Assembly (NCBI GenBank): GCA_004356455.1
Contig: SMWZ01000029.1
Coordinates: 12,897 to 76,896 of the forward strand
Source: Deltaproteobacteria bacterium
GTDB lineage: Bacteria > Myxococcota_A > UBA9160 > SZUA-336
Length of the DNA stretch: 64,000 nt
Direction: 5' to 3'
This document shows, piece after piece, positions 48,283 to 61,959 of the stretch. The notes below the pieces were generated by a model. The model worked only from the letters and a program-made list of their open reading frames with translations. It was not told the DNA's origin and ran no database searches. Each line of letters begins with the position of its first letter. Position 1 is the first letter of the stretch. The translations under genes were made by a program, and so were the position numbers.

Positions 48283-50316
48283 TTACACCAATAGAGGTGC
48301 GATCACGACCGCGACGATCGCCATCAACTTGATCAGGATGTTGAGGGACGGACCCGCCGTGTCCTTGAAAGGATCGCCCACGGTGTCACCCACGACCGCG
48401 GCCTTGTGGGCCTCGCTACCCTTGCCGCCGTGCTCACCGGCCTCGATTACCTTCTTGGCGTTGTCCCAGGCACCACCCGCGTTAGACATGAAGAGCGCGA
48501 GCAGCACGCCCGAAACGGTGACTCCGGCCAAGAGGCCGCCCAAGGCTTCCTTGCCGATGAAGCCGGTGACGACGGGGACGGTGACGGCGAGCAGCCCCGG
48601 CACGATCATTCTGCGAATGGCCGCGCTGGTGGAGATGTCGACGCAGCGCCGGTAGTCGGCCTTGGCGGTGCCCTCCATCAGGCCGGGGATCTCCCTAAAC
48701 TGTCGGCGGACCTCCTCGATCATCTCGCCCGCGGCGTCACCCACGGCCTTCATGGCCATCGAGCTGAACAGAAACGGGATCATCCCCCCGACGAAGACGC
48801 CCGCCATGACGATCGGGTTCAGCAGGTCGAGCCGTTCCAGCTGGGCCTGCGTACGGAACGCGCTGAAGAGCGCTAGGGCGGTGAGCGCCGCGGAGCCGAT
48901 GGCGAATCCCTTGCCGATAGCGGCGGTGGTGTTGCCGACGGCATCGAGCTGATCGGTGCGCGCGCGTACCTCGGGCGGGAGGTGGCTCATCTCGGCGATG
49001 CCGCCCGCGTTGTCGGCGATCGGACCGTAGGCGTCGACCGCGAGCTGGACGCCCACGGTGCACAGCATGCCAAGGCCGGCCATGGCAATACCGTAGAGGC
49101 CCGCCAGCTCGTGCGCGCCCACCAGCGCGCCAGCGATCACCATGATCGGGATCGTCGTCGACTGCATGCCGATGCCGAGGCCCGCGATGATGTTCGTGGC
49201 CGTGCCCGTTAGCGAGCTGGCCGCGATCGCGTTGACGGGTCCACGTCCGCTGGCGGTGTAGTACTCGGTCGCGAGGGCGATACCGACGCCGCCGGAGAGA
49301 CCCAGCACCATGGCGCCGAGAATGTTCAGGGCCCCCTGGTCCGCGAAGTAGTCGATCGCGAAATAGGCCACAGGGAGCATGAGGATCGCCGAGCCGAAGA
49401 CTCCGAGGTTGAGAGCCACCTGCGGGTTTCCGTCCTCCGAGGTCCGCACCAGGAAGGTCGCGAGAATCGAGACGACGATGCCGAGTCCGGCCAGCACCAG
49501 TGGCAGCACCACGTAGTTGAGGGGCTCCGCTGCGCCGAGGCTCGTGGCGTAGGGCACACCCAGGATCATGGCCCCGATGATCGCGCCCACATAGGACTCG
49601 AAGAGATCCGCACCCATCCCGGCCACGTCGCCCACGTTGTCGCCCACCGCGTCGGCGATAGAGGCGGGGTTGCGGGGATCGTCCTCGGGAATGCCCGCCT
49701 CGAGCTTCCCAACCAGATCCGCGCCGATGTCCGCCGCCTTGGTATAGATCCCCCCGCCTACGCGCGCAAAGAGCGCGATGGAGCTGGCGCCCAGGCTGAA
49801 GCCCGAGAGTATCGCGAGCACCTTGCCCGTGACACTGGTCACGTCGCTACCAATGGTGTTGACGTAGATCAGAAAGAGGCCCGAGAGCCCGAGCACGCCG
49901 AGCCCGACCACGCACATGCCCATGACGCTGCCGCCGGTGAACGCCACGTCGAGCGCCCTGGCGATCGAGTGGCGAGCGGCGGCGGCGGTGCGCACGTTCG
50001 CAAGCGTCGCAACACGCATGCCGAAAAAGCCCGCCAGCCCGGAGCAAACCGCGCCGACCATGAAGGAGACTGCGACCAGCGAGGTCCCGCGCGGGAGGTT
50101 GACCGCGGCGAGCAGTCCAGCAACGACCAGCACAAAGATCGCCAGGACCCGGTACTCGCGATTCAGGAAGGCCATGGCACCCTCACGGATATAGCCCGCG
50201 ATCTCGATCATCTCGTCCGTTCCGGCATCGGCTCGCGCTACGACGCGTGCCCGCCAGAAGGCAAAGATCAAAGCCAGAACTCCGGCCGCTGCCACTGCGA
50301 TCAGCGGTTCATTCAT
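48283..50316 (-). CDS. hppA: membrane-bound H+/Na+-translocating pyrophosphatase
   Basis: 677 aa with 15-16 TM. Motifs GDNVGD, DVGADLVGK and [14 protein letters not shown]. Confidence 0.9.
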   Translation of the reverse strand: MNEPLIAVAAAGVLALIFAFWRARVVARADAGTDEMIEIAGYIREGAMAFLNREYRVLAIFVLVVAGLLAAVNLPRGTSLVAVSFMVGAVCSGLAGFFGMRVATLANVRTAAAARHSIARALDVAFTGGSVMGMCVVGLGVLGLSGLFLIYVNTIGSDVTSVTGKVLAILSGFSLGASSIALFARVGGGIYTKAADIGADLVGKLEAGIPEDDPRNPASIADAVGDNVGDVAGMGADLFESYVGAIIGAMILGVPYATSLGAAEPLNYVVLPLVLAGLGIVVSILATFLVRTSEDGNPQVALNLGVFGSAILMLPVAYFAIDYFADQGALNILGAMVLGLSGGVGIALATEYYTASGRGPVNAIAASSLTGTATNIIAGLGIGMQSTTIPIMVIAGALVGAHELAGLYGIAMAGLGMLCTVGVQLAVDAYGPIADNAGGIAEMSHLPPEVRARTDQLDAVGNTTAAIGKGFAIGSAALTALALFSAFRTQAQLERLDLLNPIVMAGVFVGGMIPFLFSSMAMKAVGDAAGEMIEEVRRQFREIPGLMEGTAKADYRRCVDISTSAAIRRMIVPGLLAVTVPVVTGFIGKEALGGLLAGVTVSGVLLALFMSNAGGAWDNAKKVIEAGEHGGKGSEAHKAAVVGDTVGDPFKDTAGPSLNILIKLMAIVAVVIAPLLV

Positions 50317-50912
50317 GCCCTCCCCTCCTCTTCTTCTTGGCCGAGAGGCGGGAGACCATTGAACCGGTTCATCGCCTCGTCGATTCCGTCTTCCAGTATC
50401 GTGTCCAGAGCCTCGACGGCTCGATCAACTGTTTCCGAAAGTCGCTGCTTCTCATCACCGCGAACGGGTGCAAGCACGTGGTCTGCGGCCTGGCGCTGGC
50501 CCGCCGGCCGCCCCACCCCAATGCGGACACGCGGGAAACTTCCGGTGCCGACATGGTCTATGACGGACTCGACTCCCAGGTGTCCGCCCGAGCCGCCACG
50601 CGGCCGGATGCGAACATACCCTCGGGATAGATCGATGTCGTCGAAAACCAGAATGATGTCCTCGCCCTCGAGCGGGAGGTAGCGCACGGCCTCCCGTACG
50701 GCTTCGCCCGAGAGGTTCATGTACGTCTCGGGCTTCAAGAGCCCAATGTCCTCGCCGTACACGCGGCCCCTGCGAAACGAACCCTGGAACTTCCTGTTCT
50801 CCCCAGCCATATGGTGTCGCTCCGCAAACCGGTCGCAAACGAGAAAGCCCGCGTTATGCGGAGTCCCCCGATACCGGGTTCCGGGGTTCCCGAGGCCGAC
50901 AATCAGACGCAT
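50313..50912 (-). CDS. pth: peptidyl-tRNA hydrolase
   Basis: [11 protein letters not shown]…TPHNAGF. Confidence 0.9.
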   Translation of the reverse strand: MRLIVGLGNPGTRYRGTPHNAGFLVCDRFAERHHMAGENRKFQGSFRRGRVYGEDIGLLKPETYMNLSGEAVREAVRYLPLEGEDIILVFDDIDLSRGYVRIRPRGGSGGHLGVESVIDHVGTGSFPRVRIGVGRPAGQRQAADHVLAPVRGDEKQRLSETVDRAVEALDTILEDGIDEAMNRFNGLPPLGQEEEEGRA

Positions 50913-50926
50913 CCCATGGGGCGCGC

Positions 50927-51607
50927 CTACTTGGCCGGCTTGGCAGCGCCCGCCTCCTCTTCAGTGGGCGCAGGCGTCGCCCCCTCCTCCGTCGCTGCCG
51001 CTGCCGCTTCTTCGCCCTCCGCGGGCGCCTCGGGCTCGGCGACTGCCTCCACGCGCGGTGCGCTCACCTGAGCCACTGTCAAGGAGCCGTCCGCGAGCGC
51101 TTCCACATCCTTGGGCAATTCGATGTCCCGCAGGTGGATAGTGTCTCCGATCTCCAGGTTCGACACGTCGATGGAGATCTTGTCGGGGATGGAGAACGGC
51201 AGACAGCTGACATCGATCTCCATGGCCGGCGTCTCGAAGATGCCTCCCTGCTGCTCGACCCCGCGGGGCCTGCCCTCAAAGTGGAACGGGACCGAGACGT
51301 GCAGCTTCTTCTTGGCGTCTACGGCGTAGACATCACAGTGCAGCAAGCGCTGCGATACCGGATCCCGTTGGACCTCCTTGAGCAGCGCCAGCTTGCCCTT
51401 GACCTCTTTCGGCCCTCTCAGGTCGAGCAAGGTGTTGGCCCCCGTACGCAGCACGCGCTCCAGACTCCGCCCGTCGATCACCAGCGACAGGGCCTCGACG
51501 CCAGTCCCGTACAGGACGGCGGGAACCGCACCCTGCGCGCGGAGCTTGCGCAGCGCCGACCGGCCGGCTGCCTCACGTACGCTGACTTCGAGCTTGAGCC
51601 TCTGCAC
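50927..51607 (-). CDS. rplY: 50S ribosomal protein L25/general stress protein Ctc
   Basis: Ctc-form L25 with an Ala/Glu-rich C-terminal tail. Confidence 0.85.
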   Translation of the reverse strand: MQRLKLEVSVREAAGRSALRKLRAQGAVPAVLYGTGVEALSLVIDGRSLERVLRTGANTLLDLRGPKEVKGKLALLKEVQRDPVSQRLLHCDVYAVDAKKKLHVSVPFHFEGRPRGVEQQGGIFETPAMEIDVSCLPFSIPDKISIDVSNLEIGDTIHLRDIELPKDVEALADGSLTVAQVSAPRVEAVAEPEAPAEGEEAAAAATEEGATPAPTEEEAGAAKPAK

Positions 51608-51631
51608 GCTTCGTCTCCCCAGAACCTGCCC

Positions 51632-52579
51632 TTATACGAAGAGCGAGCTCACCGATTCTTCATTGTGAATGCGCCGGATCGCCTCACCCAGGAGAGGCGA
51701 GACCGTCGTTACCGCGAAGCGCTCACTGGTCTCCGCCTCGGGCCGCAGCGGAATCGTGTCCGTGATCACGACCTTGTCCAGGAGGGACTCCTCGATCTCC
51801 TTTACCGCCTGCCCTGAGAGCACAGGGTGCGAGATCGCGGCCATGACACGGGTGGCACCCCCCTCCATGACCGCCCGCGCGGTCTTCGTCAGCGATCCGG
51901 CCGTGTCCACAATGTCGTCCACAATGACGGCGGTCCGATCCTTGACATCACCGACGATCCGCATCACTTCCGCCACATTGGGTTTCTCACGCCGCTTGTC
52001 GGCGATCGCAAGCTCCGCATTCAGCCGCTTCGCGAACGCGCGGGCGCGCTCCACGCCTCCCGCATCCGGCGAGATCACCGTCACCGGCTCGCCGATGGGA
52101 ATGAGCTTGCGCACCTCGTCCAGCAGGACCGGCATGGCGAAGAGGTTGTCCACCGGGATGTTGAAGAAGCCCTGGATCTGTCCCGCGTGCAGGTCCAGGC
52201 ACAGCACCCGACTCGCCCCTGCGGTGGTGATGAGGTCGGCCATGAGCTTGGCGGTGATCGGCGAGCGGGGCTTCACCTTGCGGTCCTGCCGCCCGTAACC
52301 GTAGTAAGGAATCACGGCGGTGATGCGCTTGGCGGAGGCGCGACGGAGCGTGTCCAGCAGAATCAGCAACTCCATGATGTTGGTGTTGGCCGGGGCGCAG
52401 GTCGATTGGATCACGAACACGTCCATGCCCCGAACGTTCTCTCCGAGCTCGACGCTGGTCTCGCCGTCGCTGAAGTGCTTCACCTCGGCCTGACCGAGCT
52501 CGACGTCCAGGTAGTCACAGATCGCCTGGGCCATACGTGCGTTCGCATTCCCCGTGAAGATCTTGACGGTTCGGGTCAT
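51632..52579 (-). CDS. prs: ribose-phosphate pyrophosphokinase
   Basis: MTRTVKIFTGNAN…PYYGYGRQDRK…VDDIVDTAG. The ORF was trimmed because its upstream extension runs over the tRNA. Confidence 0.9.
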   Translation of the reverse strand: MTRTVKIFTGNANARMAQAICDYLDVELGQAEVKHFSDGETSVELGENVRGMDVFVIQSTCAPANTNIMELLILLDTLRRASAKRITAVIPYYGYGRQDRKVKPRSPITAKLMADLITTAGASRVLCLDLHAGQIQGFFNIPVDNLFAMPVLLDEVRKLIPIGEPVTVISPDAGGVERARAFAKRLNAELAIADKRREKPNVAEVMRIVGDVKDRTAVIVDDIVDTAGSLTKTARAVMEGGATRVMAAISHPVLSGQAVKEIEESLLDKVVITDTIPLRPEAETSERFAVTTVSPLLGEAIRRIHNEESVSSLFV

Positions 52580-52627
52580 GGCTGCCTCGTTTGCCCTCCC
52601 CCACCTCCCCGCGTCGGCCTGCCTGAG

Positions 52628-52702
52628 CTTGCCGGCCTGGCTGGGGCGGCAGGATTCGAACCTGCGAATGACGGGTCCAAAGCCCGTTGCCTTACCACTT
52701 GG
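52628..52702 (-). tRNA. tRNA-Gln (anticodon UUG), CCA encoded
   Basis: Cloverleaf derived by hand. Perfect 7-bp acceptor stem UGGGGCG/CGCCCCA. Anticodon loop CUUUGGA. T-arm GGTTCGAATCC. Discriminator G plus CCA. Close to E. coli tRNA-Gln. Confidence 0.85.
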
Positions 52703-53573
52703 CGACGCCCCATCCCCAGTTACCGGAGTCACTCCCGGGGGAGCTCACCACTCTTGTCTCCACTCCTCGAGGCAGCTTAACGATCGCTGCCCCCCGCTCC
52801 GTTGCCGCCCGATCCGGAAACCCCCCGTACACCGTGGGTCCGCTGCCGCTCATCCCCGTGACCGTCGCGCCCGCGCGCTCCAATGCGCGCCGCGCGGCCC
52901 CGATCTCCGGGTGGCGCCGCGCCACGGCTGTCTCGAGGTCATTGAGCGGCGAGGAGATCACCCCGGAAGGCCCCAGGAGCGACGCGATACTAGATCCATC
53001 CCGCGGGAGCGTCAATTCGGCGGAGGCCGCCCGGTAGGCAGCGGCCGTAGCGATCGGGAAGGGCAGCAGCAGCAGCAGCCACCATAGCTCCGGAACCCCC
53101 GGGATGGGCTCGAGCCGCTCTCCCACGCCCCGCCCCGTGGCGGGGCGGGGATCCAGGAAGAAGGGGACGTCCGCCCCGAGCTGGAGCGCCAGCCCCTGTC
53201 GGGTCGCGGCGTCCAGCGACTTCCCGGAGAGCTCTTCGACCGCCAGGATCAGAGCGGCGGCATCAGAGGAGCCCCCTCCCAGGCCAGCGGCGATGGGGAT
53301 CCGCTTCTCCAGGCGGATCTTCAGCGCGGGCTCGAGTCCGGTGGCCTGGCAGGCCAGCTCGGCGCCACGCCCAGCCAGGTTCCGGCGATCGGTCGGGAGT
53401 AGGGCCCCCCGCACGTCCAGCTGTATGCCCGGCGTCTCGCTGCACTCCACCGCGATCTCGTCGAAGAGGCGCAGCGGCAGAAACACGGTCTCGATCTCAT
53501 GGTAGCCATCGGCGCGGCGCGCGAGGATGCGCAGCCCCAGGTTGAGCTTGGCCGGCGCCCGGAGCGAGAGCAT
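52692..53573 (-). CDS. ispE: 4-(cytidine 5'-diphospho)-2-C-methyl-D-erythritol kinase
   Basis: GHMP kinase motif PIAAGLGGGSSDAAA. APAKLNL N-terminus. The ORF 3' end overlaps the tRNA 5' end by ~10 nt. Confidence 0.85.
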   Translation of the reverse strand: MLSLRAPAKLNLGLRILARRADGYHEIETVFLPLRLFDEIAVECSETPGIQLDVRGALLPTDRRNLAGRGAELACQATGLEPALKIRLEKRIPIAAGLGGGSSDAAALILAVEELSGKSLDAATRQGLALQLGADVPFFLDPRPATGRGVGERLEPIPGVPELWWLLLLLPFPIATAAAYRAASAELTLPRDGSSIASLLGPSGVISSPLNDLETAVARRHPEIGAARRALERAGATVTGMSGSGPTVYGGFPDRAATERGAAIVKLPRGVETRVVSSPGSDSGNWGWGVAKW

Positions 53574-53741
53574 CTAGTGTTCTATTCCGGGAGTTCCAAC
53601 GCAATTCTTGCAGCCGAGGCAGCGCGCTCGCAAGGCGCGAGAGCGAGGCAAATCCGTAGCTTCAGCGAGCGCGTGCAACGCTACGAGCGTGGCTGCAGCA
53701 GCCGCCGAAAATGCGAGCGAACTTCCGGAACAGGACACTAG
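53574..53741. mobile_element. MITE-like element copy 1 (168 bp) with ~24-bp imperfect terminal inverted repeats CTAGTGTTCTATTCCGGGAGTTCC … GAACTTCCGGAACAGGACACTAG
   Basis: The termini are reverse complements of each other. The whole element is ~85% identical to the first ~110 bp (and terminal inverted repeats) of the reverse complement of copy 2. Non-coding, and abuts the ispE start codon. Confidence 0.65.
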
Positions 53742-53744
53742 CCG

Positions 53745-54077
53745 CTAGCGCTCTTTTTCGTGGCTCTCGACGTAGCGCAGGCGGAGATCGTGCAGCACGC
53801 TCTCCAGCAGATGCAGCTCCTCGGGCTCCAGGTTTCCCTGGGTCTTCACGTGCAGCATCTCCAGGATATCAATGGTCTGGCGCGCCAGCTCCAGGTTGGG
53901 GGCGGGCGCCTCACCACCCTCCGCGCTCGGCACCAAGCCCAGGTGGACGGCGGCCGAGGTGGAGAGGGACAGCACGAAGGCCCCGAACGTCATTGACTCC
54001 GGTGGCGCGGCCGAGGCCGACTCCTGTGGATCCCCCACCAGCTGGAAGCCGCGCTCGCTCTCCTCCTCGGATCCCAC
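53745..54077 (-). CDS. DUF1844 domain protein
   Basis: 110 aa. Conserved FGAFVLSLSTSAAVHLG core. Confidence 0.6.
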   Translation of the reverse strand: MGSEEESERGFQLVGDPQESASAAPPESMTFGAFVLSLSTSAAVHLGLVPSAEGGEAPAPNLELARQTIDILEMLHVKTQGNLEPEELHLLESVLHDLRLRYVESHEKER

Positions 54078-54698
54078 CTACGTAACGTCGGCCCGGGTCG
54101 GATCCTCGCCTGTGCGGTCGAGCTCCCGCAGCAGGCGGCGCGCCACCACCAGGCGTTGGACCGTGGTCACGGTCGCTCCGAGCGCGACGCCCCACAGCGC
54201 CAGCTCGAGCCAGCCCGTGAGCGAACCCAGAATGATCAAAACCATGCGCTCGCCGCGCTCCATGAAGCCGATACTGAAATGAGCCAGGTGCCGTTCGGCC
54301 CGGGCGCGGGTGTAGCTCGTCATGACCGATCCGGTCAGCGCCCAGCACACCAGCAGCACGCCAAAGGCATCTCCGCTCAGCGCCATGCCGAGGGCCATGC
54401 CGCTGAACACGAAGAGATCGGCCAGGCGGTCCATCGAGGAATCGAAGAAGCCACCACTGGTACCGGAACAGCCCTGGGAACGCGCCACGACCCCGTCGAT
54501 CAAGTCGAAGAAGCCTGCCACCCCGAGCGCCAGGCCGGCCCAGACCAGATGACCCGTGGCAAACAGAGCGGCTGCCAGCAGGGACACACTCACCCCCAGC
54601 AGGGTGAGCGTGTCGGGGCGAACCCGAATCCGCGAGACAAAAGGGAACACGCCCAGCACAACGCGGTCGAAGTCGGCCCCGAGTCGAGCCTTGATCAC
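54078..54698 (-). CDS. pgsA: CDP-alcohol phosphatidyltransferase (phosphatidylglycerophosphate synthase-like)
   Basis: D-G-x2-A-R…G-x3-D-x3-D motif (DLIDGVVARSQG…FFDSSMDRLAD). GTG start chosen to avoid overlap with the upstream small gene. Confidence 0.7.
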   Translation of the reverse strand: MIKARLGADFDRVVLGVFPFVSRIRVRPDTLTLLGVSVSLLAAALFATGHLVWAGLALGVAGFFDLIDGVVARSQGCSGTSGGFFDSSMDRLADLFVFSGMALGMALSGDAFGVLLVCWALTGSVMTSYTRARAERHLAHFSIGFMERGERMVLIILGSLTGWLELALWGVALGATVTTVQRLVVARRLLRELDRTGEDPTRADVT

Positions 54699-54708
54699 GT
54701 TGTTGGCC

Positions 54709-54981
54709 TCAGGCCTCGGGTTCGATCGGAACGACCGGCGGCGGCGGCGGCGGCGGCTCGTTCGGCTCCAGCAGCGCCCGCTCGATGCGCTTGGAGCGGT
54801 TGCGCTGCTCGTCCTCGAGCTCCTCCCGCAGACGCGCGAGCTCGTCGTCGTCCGCTTGGTGCACGTTCGAGGCAAGGTCGGGAAGCGCTTGCACAGACGC
54901 CTCGAGCGCCTTGCGTGAAAGCTGGCCCTGGCGCAACTCCCGCTCCTGAAGGCGCTTATCCAGCGCTTTCGCAGCCGTCAT
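54709..54981 (-). CDS. small coiled-coil protein with a poly-Pro C-terminus
   Basis: 90 aa (MTAAKALDKRLQERELRQG…EPPPPPPPVVPIEPEA). Its stop is a few nt upstream of the pgsA start. Confidence 0.35.
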   Translation of the reverse strand: MTAAKALDKRLQERELRQGQLSRKALEASVQALPDLASNVHQADDDELARLREELEDEQRNRSKRIERALLEPNEPPPPPPPVVPIEPEA

Positions 54982-55085
54982 ATTCACTCCTTTCGGCCCG
55001 ATCCCCGGGTGGCGGGCGAAAGAGTCTAACAACGGCTACCGCCTCATGCCCGTCTGCGTTGACAACCCCACCCGCCTGGCTTAAG

Positions 55086-55928
55086 TTGATAAAACCGTTG
55101 ATAGATCAACTACTTAGGGAAAAACACCGACACTGGGGGGTGATCTTCGTGCTGGGGCTGATCGTGGCCGCGGGCTGCGCGAGCGCGCCTCCGGACGAGG
55201 AGATTCCGTCGGCCGAGAGCTACTACCGGCGCGGGCTGGAGCTGCTCGAGGGCCAGCGCGTCTTCCTTTTCTTTCACGATGTGAACTATCCACGCGCGAT
55301 CGAGTATTTCCAGGAGGTGATCGACAACTATCCCTACAGCGACTACGCCACGCTGGCGGAGCTGAAGCTCGCGGACGTGCACTTCCAGCAGGGACATTAC
55401 GAGGAGGCGGCGAGCTACTACCAGGACTTCGTCGAGCTCCACCCCACGCATCCCCAGGTCCCCTACTCCATCTTCCGCCACGGGATGTGCTCTTTCGAGG
55501 AGATCGGCGACGTCGGTCGGGACCAAACGCCGACGCTGGACGCACTGGCGCAGTTTCGTGTGCTGCTCGACCGCTATCCCAACTCGGAGCACGCGGACGA
55601 TGCGCGCGTACGGCTCGGCCAGGCCATCGACCAGCTGGCCCGCCACGACATCGAGGTCGGCGACTTCTACTACCGCCGCGGGGACTATTATGCGGCCTCG
55701 CGACGTTACCGCCAGGCGCTGGAGATGTATCCGGATCACAGCGAGCGCGTAACGACCCTGGTTCGTCTGGGCCGTTCGCTGATGGGTCTGCAGCTGTACG
55801 CCGAGGCCGAGCGAATCTACCAGCAAGCGCTGGACGCGCGTCCCCCGGGCGGGCTTCGGAATAACGACCGGAAAGAGCTCAGGGAGTTCGGCGAGGACCT
55901 CTGGAACGCCCGCAAGGAAGCCAGCTGA
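55086..55928 (+). CDS. bamD: outer membrane protein assembly factor BamD (TPR lipoprotein)
   Basis: Lipobox VAAGC. TPR repeats (YYRRGLELLEG…, FQQGHYEEAASYYQDF…, YYRRGDYYAASRRYRQALEMYP). Start ambiguous: TTG 55086/55098 or GTG 55140. Confidence 0.7.
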   Translation: MIKPLIDQLLREKHRHWGVIFVLGLIVAAGCASAPPDEEIPSAESYYRRGLELLEGQRVFLFFHDVNYPRAIEYFQEVIDNYPYSDYATLAELKLADVHFQQGHYEEAASYYQDFVELHPTHPQVPYSIFRHGMCSFEEIGDVGRDQTPTLDALAQFRVLLDRYPNSEHADDARVRLGQAIDQLARHDIEVGDFYYRRGDYYAASRRYRQALEMYPDHSERVTTLVRLGRSLMGLQLYAEAERIYQQALDARPPGGLRNNDRKELREFGEDLWNARKEAS

Positions 55929-55932
55929 GCGC

Positions 55933-56277
55933 CTAGTATCCTGTTCCGGAAGTTCGCTCGCATGCTCGGCGACCGCTGCATCCGCGCTTGCGGCGTTGCA
56001 CGCGCTTGCCGAAGTGAGCCTGGATTTCTCACCGGGTTGCCGTAGCGAGGGTGCCAAGTGTGCGTCAGATCGGGCCGCGCGCAGGCCGAGGCACCGGAAA
56101 CGTATTGGACAATAGGTTGAGGAGCCGAGGCCGAGCATGGGCCGAGATGGCGTGCAATGGGCGGCCGCAGTAGGCCACCGGGCGAGATATCCAGGCTAGG
56201 GATTCGCCGCGCTCGCGCGCCTTGATAGCGCGGCGCGTCGGCCGCGAGAACTGCGTCGGAACTCCCGGAACAGAACA

Positions 56278-56281
<4 letters not shown>
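55933..56281. mobile_element. MITE-like element copy 2 (349 bp), inverted relative to copy 1, with the same ~24-bp terminal inverted repeats (CTAGTATCCTGTTCCGGAAGTTC … GGAACTCCCGGAACAGAACACTAG)
   Basis: Termini and the first ~110 bp align with the reverse complement of copy 1. The right-hand terminal inverted repeat contains the alaS stop codon (CTAG). About 180 bp of extra internal sequence. Confidence 0.65.
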
Positions 56282-58893
<2,612 letters not shown>

Positions 58894-58943
58894 CGCGAGA
58901 GAGGATACCAGCAGCCCGGCCTGCCGCTAATCAGTAGCCCGGC

Positions 58944-60116
58944 TCAGAAGCGATCGACCTTGAGGCTCGGGTCCTCGGTGATGTTGATCTCTGAGTCCTC
59001 GGACGACTTCTCGAAGTCCTCCCAGGTGCCGTCCGAGGTGGCGGAGATGCCCTTGAAACGCAGCGCGAAGTCGTCCGGGTTCGAGACGTAGCGCAGGCAG
59101 TCCTCGTACTTGACGAGTCCGCGCTTGAGCAGCGACATCAGCGATTGGTCGAAGGTCTGCATACTGTAGGTCGTGAACCCCTTCGCGATCGCGTCGGGGA
59201 TTTCCTTGTTACGCTCCGGGTCCGCAATGCACTCGCGGATGCGCGCGGTCGAGACCATGATCTCGACCGCCGGAACCCGGCCCTTGCCATCGGCTCGCGG
59301 AACCAGGCGCTGGCTCACGATCCCCGAAATGATGCTCGCGAGCTGGTGCCGGACCTGGACCTGCTGATGGGGCGGGAAGGCCGAGACGATGCGGGTGATG
59401 GTCTCGGCGGCGTCGATCGTATGCAGGGTGGACATCACCAGGTGCCCGGTCTCGGCCGCCGTCATGGCGGTCTCGATGGTCTCGTAATCGCGCATCTCAC
59501 CCACCAGGATCACGTCGGGATCCTGGCGCAGGGCTGCGCGCAGGGCGCGCGCGAAGCCCGTGGTGTCCACACCGATCTCGCGCTGATTGATGATCGAGCG
59601 CTTGTCGCGGATGAGGAACTCGATGGGATCCTCGATCGTCATGATGTGGCAGGTCTTGTGGGTGTTGATGTAGTCGATCATGGCGGCCAGTGTCGTCGAC
59701 TTGCCGGATCCGGTCGTGCCTGTCACCAGAATCAGCCCCCGGGGCTCCAGGGCGATCCGCTCCAAAATCTTGGGCAGCTCCAGCTGTTGAAGGGTCCTCA
59801 CGCCGAAGGGGATCACGCGGAAGACGATCCCGATCGTGCCCCGCTGCCTGAAGGCGTTGACGCGAAAGCGACCGACCCCGGCGATGGAGTAGGCCAGGTC
59901 CACCTCGTGGAACTTGTCGAAGTGAGCCTTCTGGACGGGGGTCATGATGGCGGCGAGCATGCGCTCCAGCTGCTCGCCCGTCAGTCGTTTGCTCTTGAGC
60001 GGTACCAGCGCCCCATCGATGCGGAACAGGGGCGGCAGACCCGCCTTGAGGTGGATATCCGATGCCTCGCCTGTGACCGCAGGCCTCAGAATGTCGTTGA
60101 GCTTCACATCCGCCAT
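58944..60116 (-). CDS. pilT: type IV pilus retraction ATPase PilT (twitching motility protein) with a ~40-aa C-terminal extension
   Basis: ASDIHL, Walker A motif GTTGSGKSTT, His box, AIRNLIRE-like motif. Start taken at MADVKLND. Confidence 0.85.
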   Translation of the reverse strand: MADVKLNDILRPAVTGEASDIHLKAGLPPLFRIDGALVPLKSKRLTGEQLERMLAAIMTPVQKAHFDKFHEVDLAYSIAGVGRFRVNAFRQRGTIGIVFRVIPFGVRTLQQLELPKILERIALEPRGLILVTGTTGSGKSTTLAAMIDYINTHKTCHIMTIEDPIEFLIRDKRSIINQREIGVDTTGFARALRAALRQDPDVILVGEMRDYETIETAMTAAETGHLVMSTLHTIDAAETITRIVSAFPPHQQVQVRHQLASIISGIVSQRLVPRADGKGRVPAVEIMVSTARIRECIADPERNKEIPDAIAKGFTTYSMQTFDQSLMSLLKRGLVKYEDCLRYVSNPDDFALRFKGISATSDGTWEDFEKSSEDSEINITEDPSLKVDRF

Positions 60117-60295
60117 CTGCTCTCCTGCCGACGCAGTCGGAGCTTGCGGGTGGATCGACCCAACTGACTGATTTCTTGATGTATCGGGCCAAGTCCCGAG
60201 GCCCAAAATCTCCGGACGAAATCCGGCACAGAAAGGAATGTGGCCCGGGCGCCAGGAACAGGTGTTCAGATACGGACCGCCCTGGGACCCCTTGC

Positions 60296-61348
<1,053 letters not shown>

Positions 61349-61359
61349 TTCGTTCTCTC

Positions 61360-61959
61360 CTAAGTGTCCGGGGTAAAGTTGGGTGGTTGAGCTTCCGCCC
61401 TCTGGAGGGGAAGACGGGCCAGGGGTACGTAGCAAGCACCGGTGGGGGAGAGCCGACTCTCATAGAGTACGACTTCCTCGACGAAAAAAGGCTTTGCGTC
61501 GGGACAGGCAACTGCGCTGAACGCTAGCGGGGCGGGCTGACGCAGGCGTCCCAGCGTGAGATGGGTGCGGAAGGGCCGCCGCTCCCGCTCTACGCCGATC
61601 CGGGCCGCGGCCGCGTCCAGCTTGCGCGCCAGCCGTGCGAGCTCGGGGCCTCCGGCCTGAACACCGAGCCAGACCACCCGTGCGCGGCGCGCGTTGGGGA
61701 AGGCGCCCAGCCCTCCGAGCATCACCTCGAACCCACCCACGCGCTCGAGCTTGGCGGTCGAGGCGGCGATCAGCTTGGGAATACGATCGGGCTCGACGTC
61801 GCCCAGGAACTTGAGCGTCAGGTGCAGGTTCTCCGCGGGCACCCAGCGCACGCCATCGGGCGCCCCCTGGCGCAGCTGCGCCATGACCTGCGCGGCCTGG
61901 GCACGCGCGTGCGGCGCCAGATCCACGGCCAGGAAGCTACGTAGGGGGTCCGCGCTCAC
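61360..61959 (-). CDS. thpR: RNA 2',3'-cyclic phosphodiesterase (2H family, ThpR/LigT)
   Basis: Two H-x-T-x motifs (HLTLKF, HLTLGR). Confidence 0.8.
   Translation of the reverse strand: MSADPLRSFLAVDLAPHARAQAAQVMAQLRQGAPDGVRWVPAENLHLTLKFLGDVEPDRIPKLIAASTAKLERVGGFEVMLGGLGAFPNARRARVVWLGVQAGGPELARLARKLDAAAARIGVERERRPFRTHLTLGRLRQPAPLAFSAVACPDAKPFFVEEVVLYESRLSPTGACYVPLARLPLQRAEAQPPNFTPDT

Noticed and set aside
52580-52732. Upstream extension of the prs ORF
   Set aside because: It runs across tRNA-Gln. Prs homology begins at MTRTVKIF (ATG 52579).
54156-55928. 590-aa ORF fusing a long Arg/Pro-rich N-terminal stretch to BamD
   Set aside because: The upstream 900 nt overlaps pgsA, the small coiled-coil gene and DUF1844 on the other strand and has no homology. 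BamD starts at the lipoprotein signal near 55086-55140.
61349-61359. LexA/SOS box upstream of recA
   Set aside because: Only 11 nt separate recA from thpR. No CTGT-N8-ACAG or myxobacterial-type box was recognisable there or upstream of pgpA.
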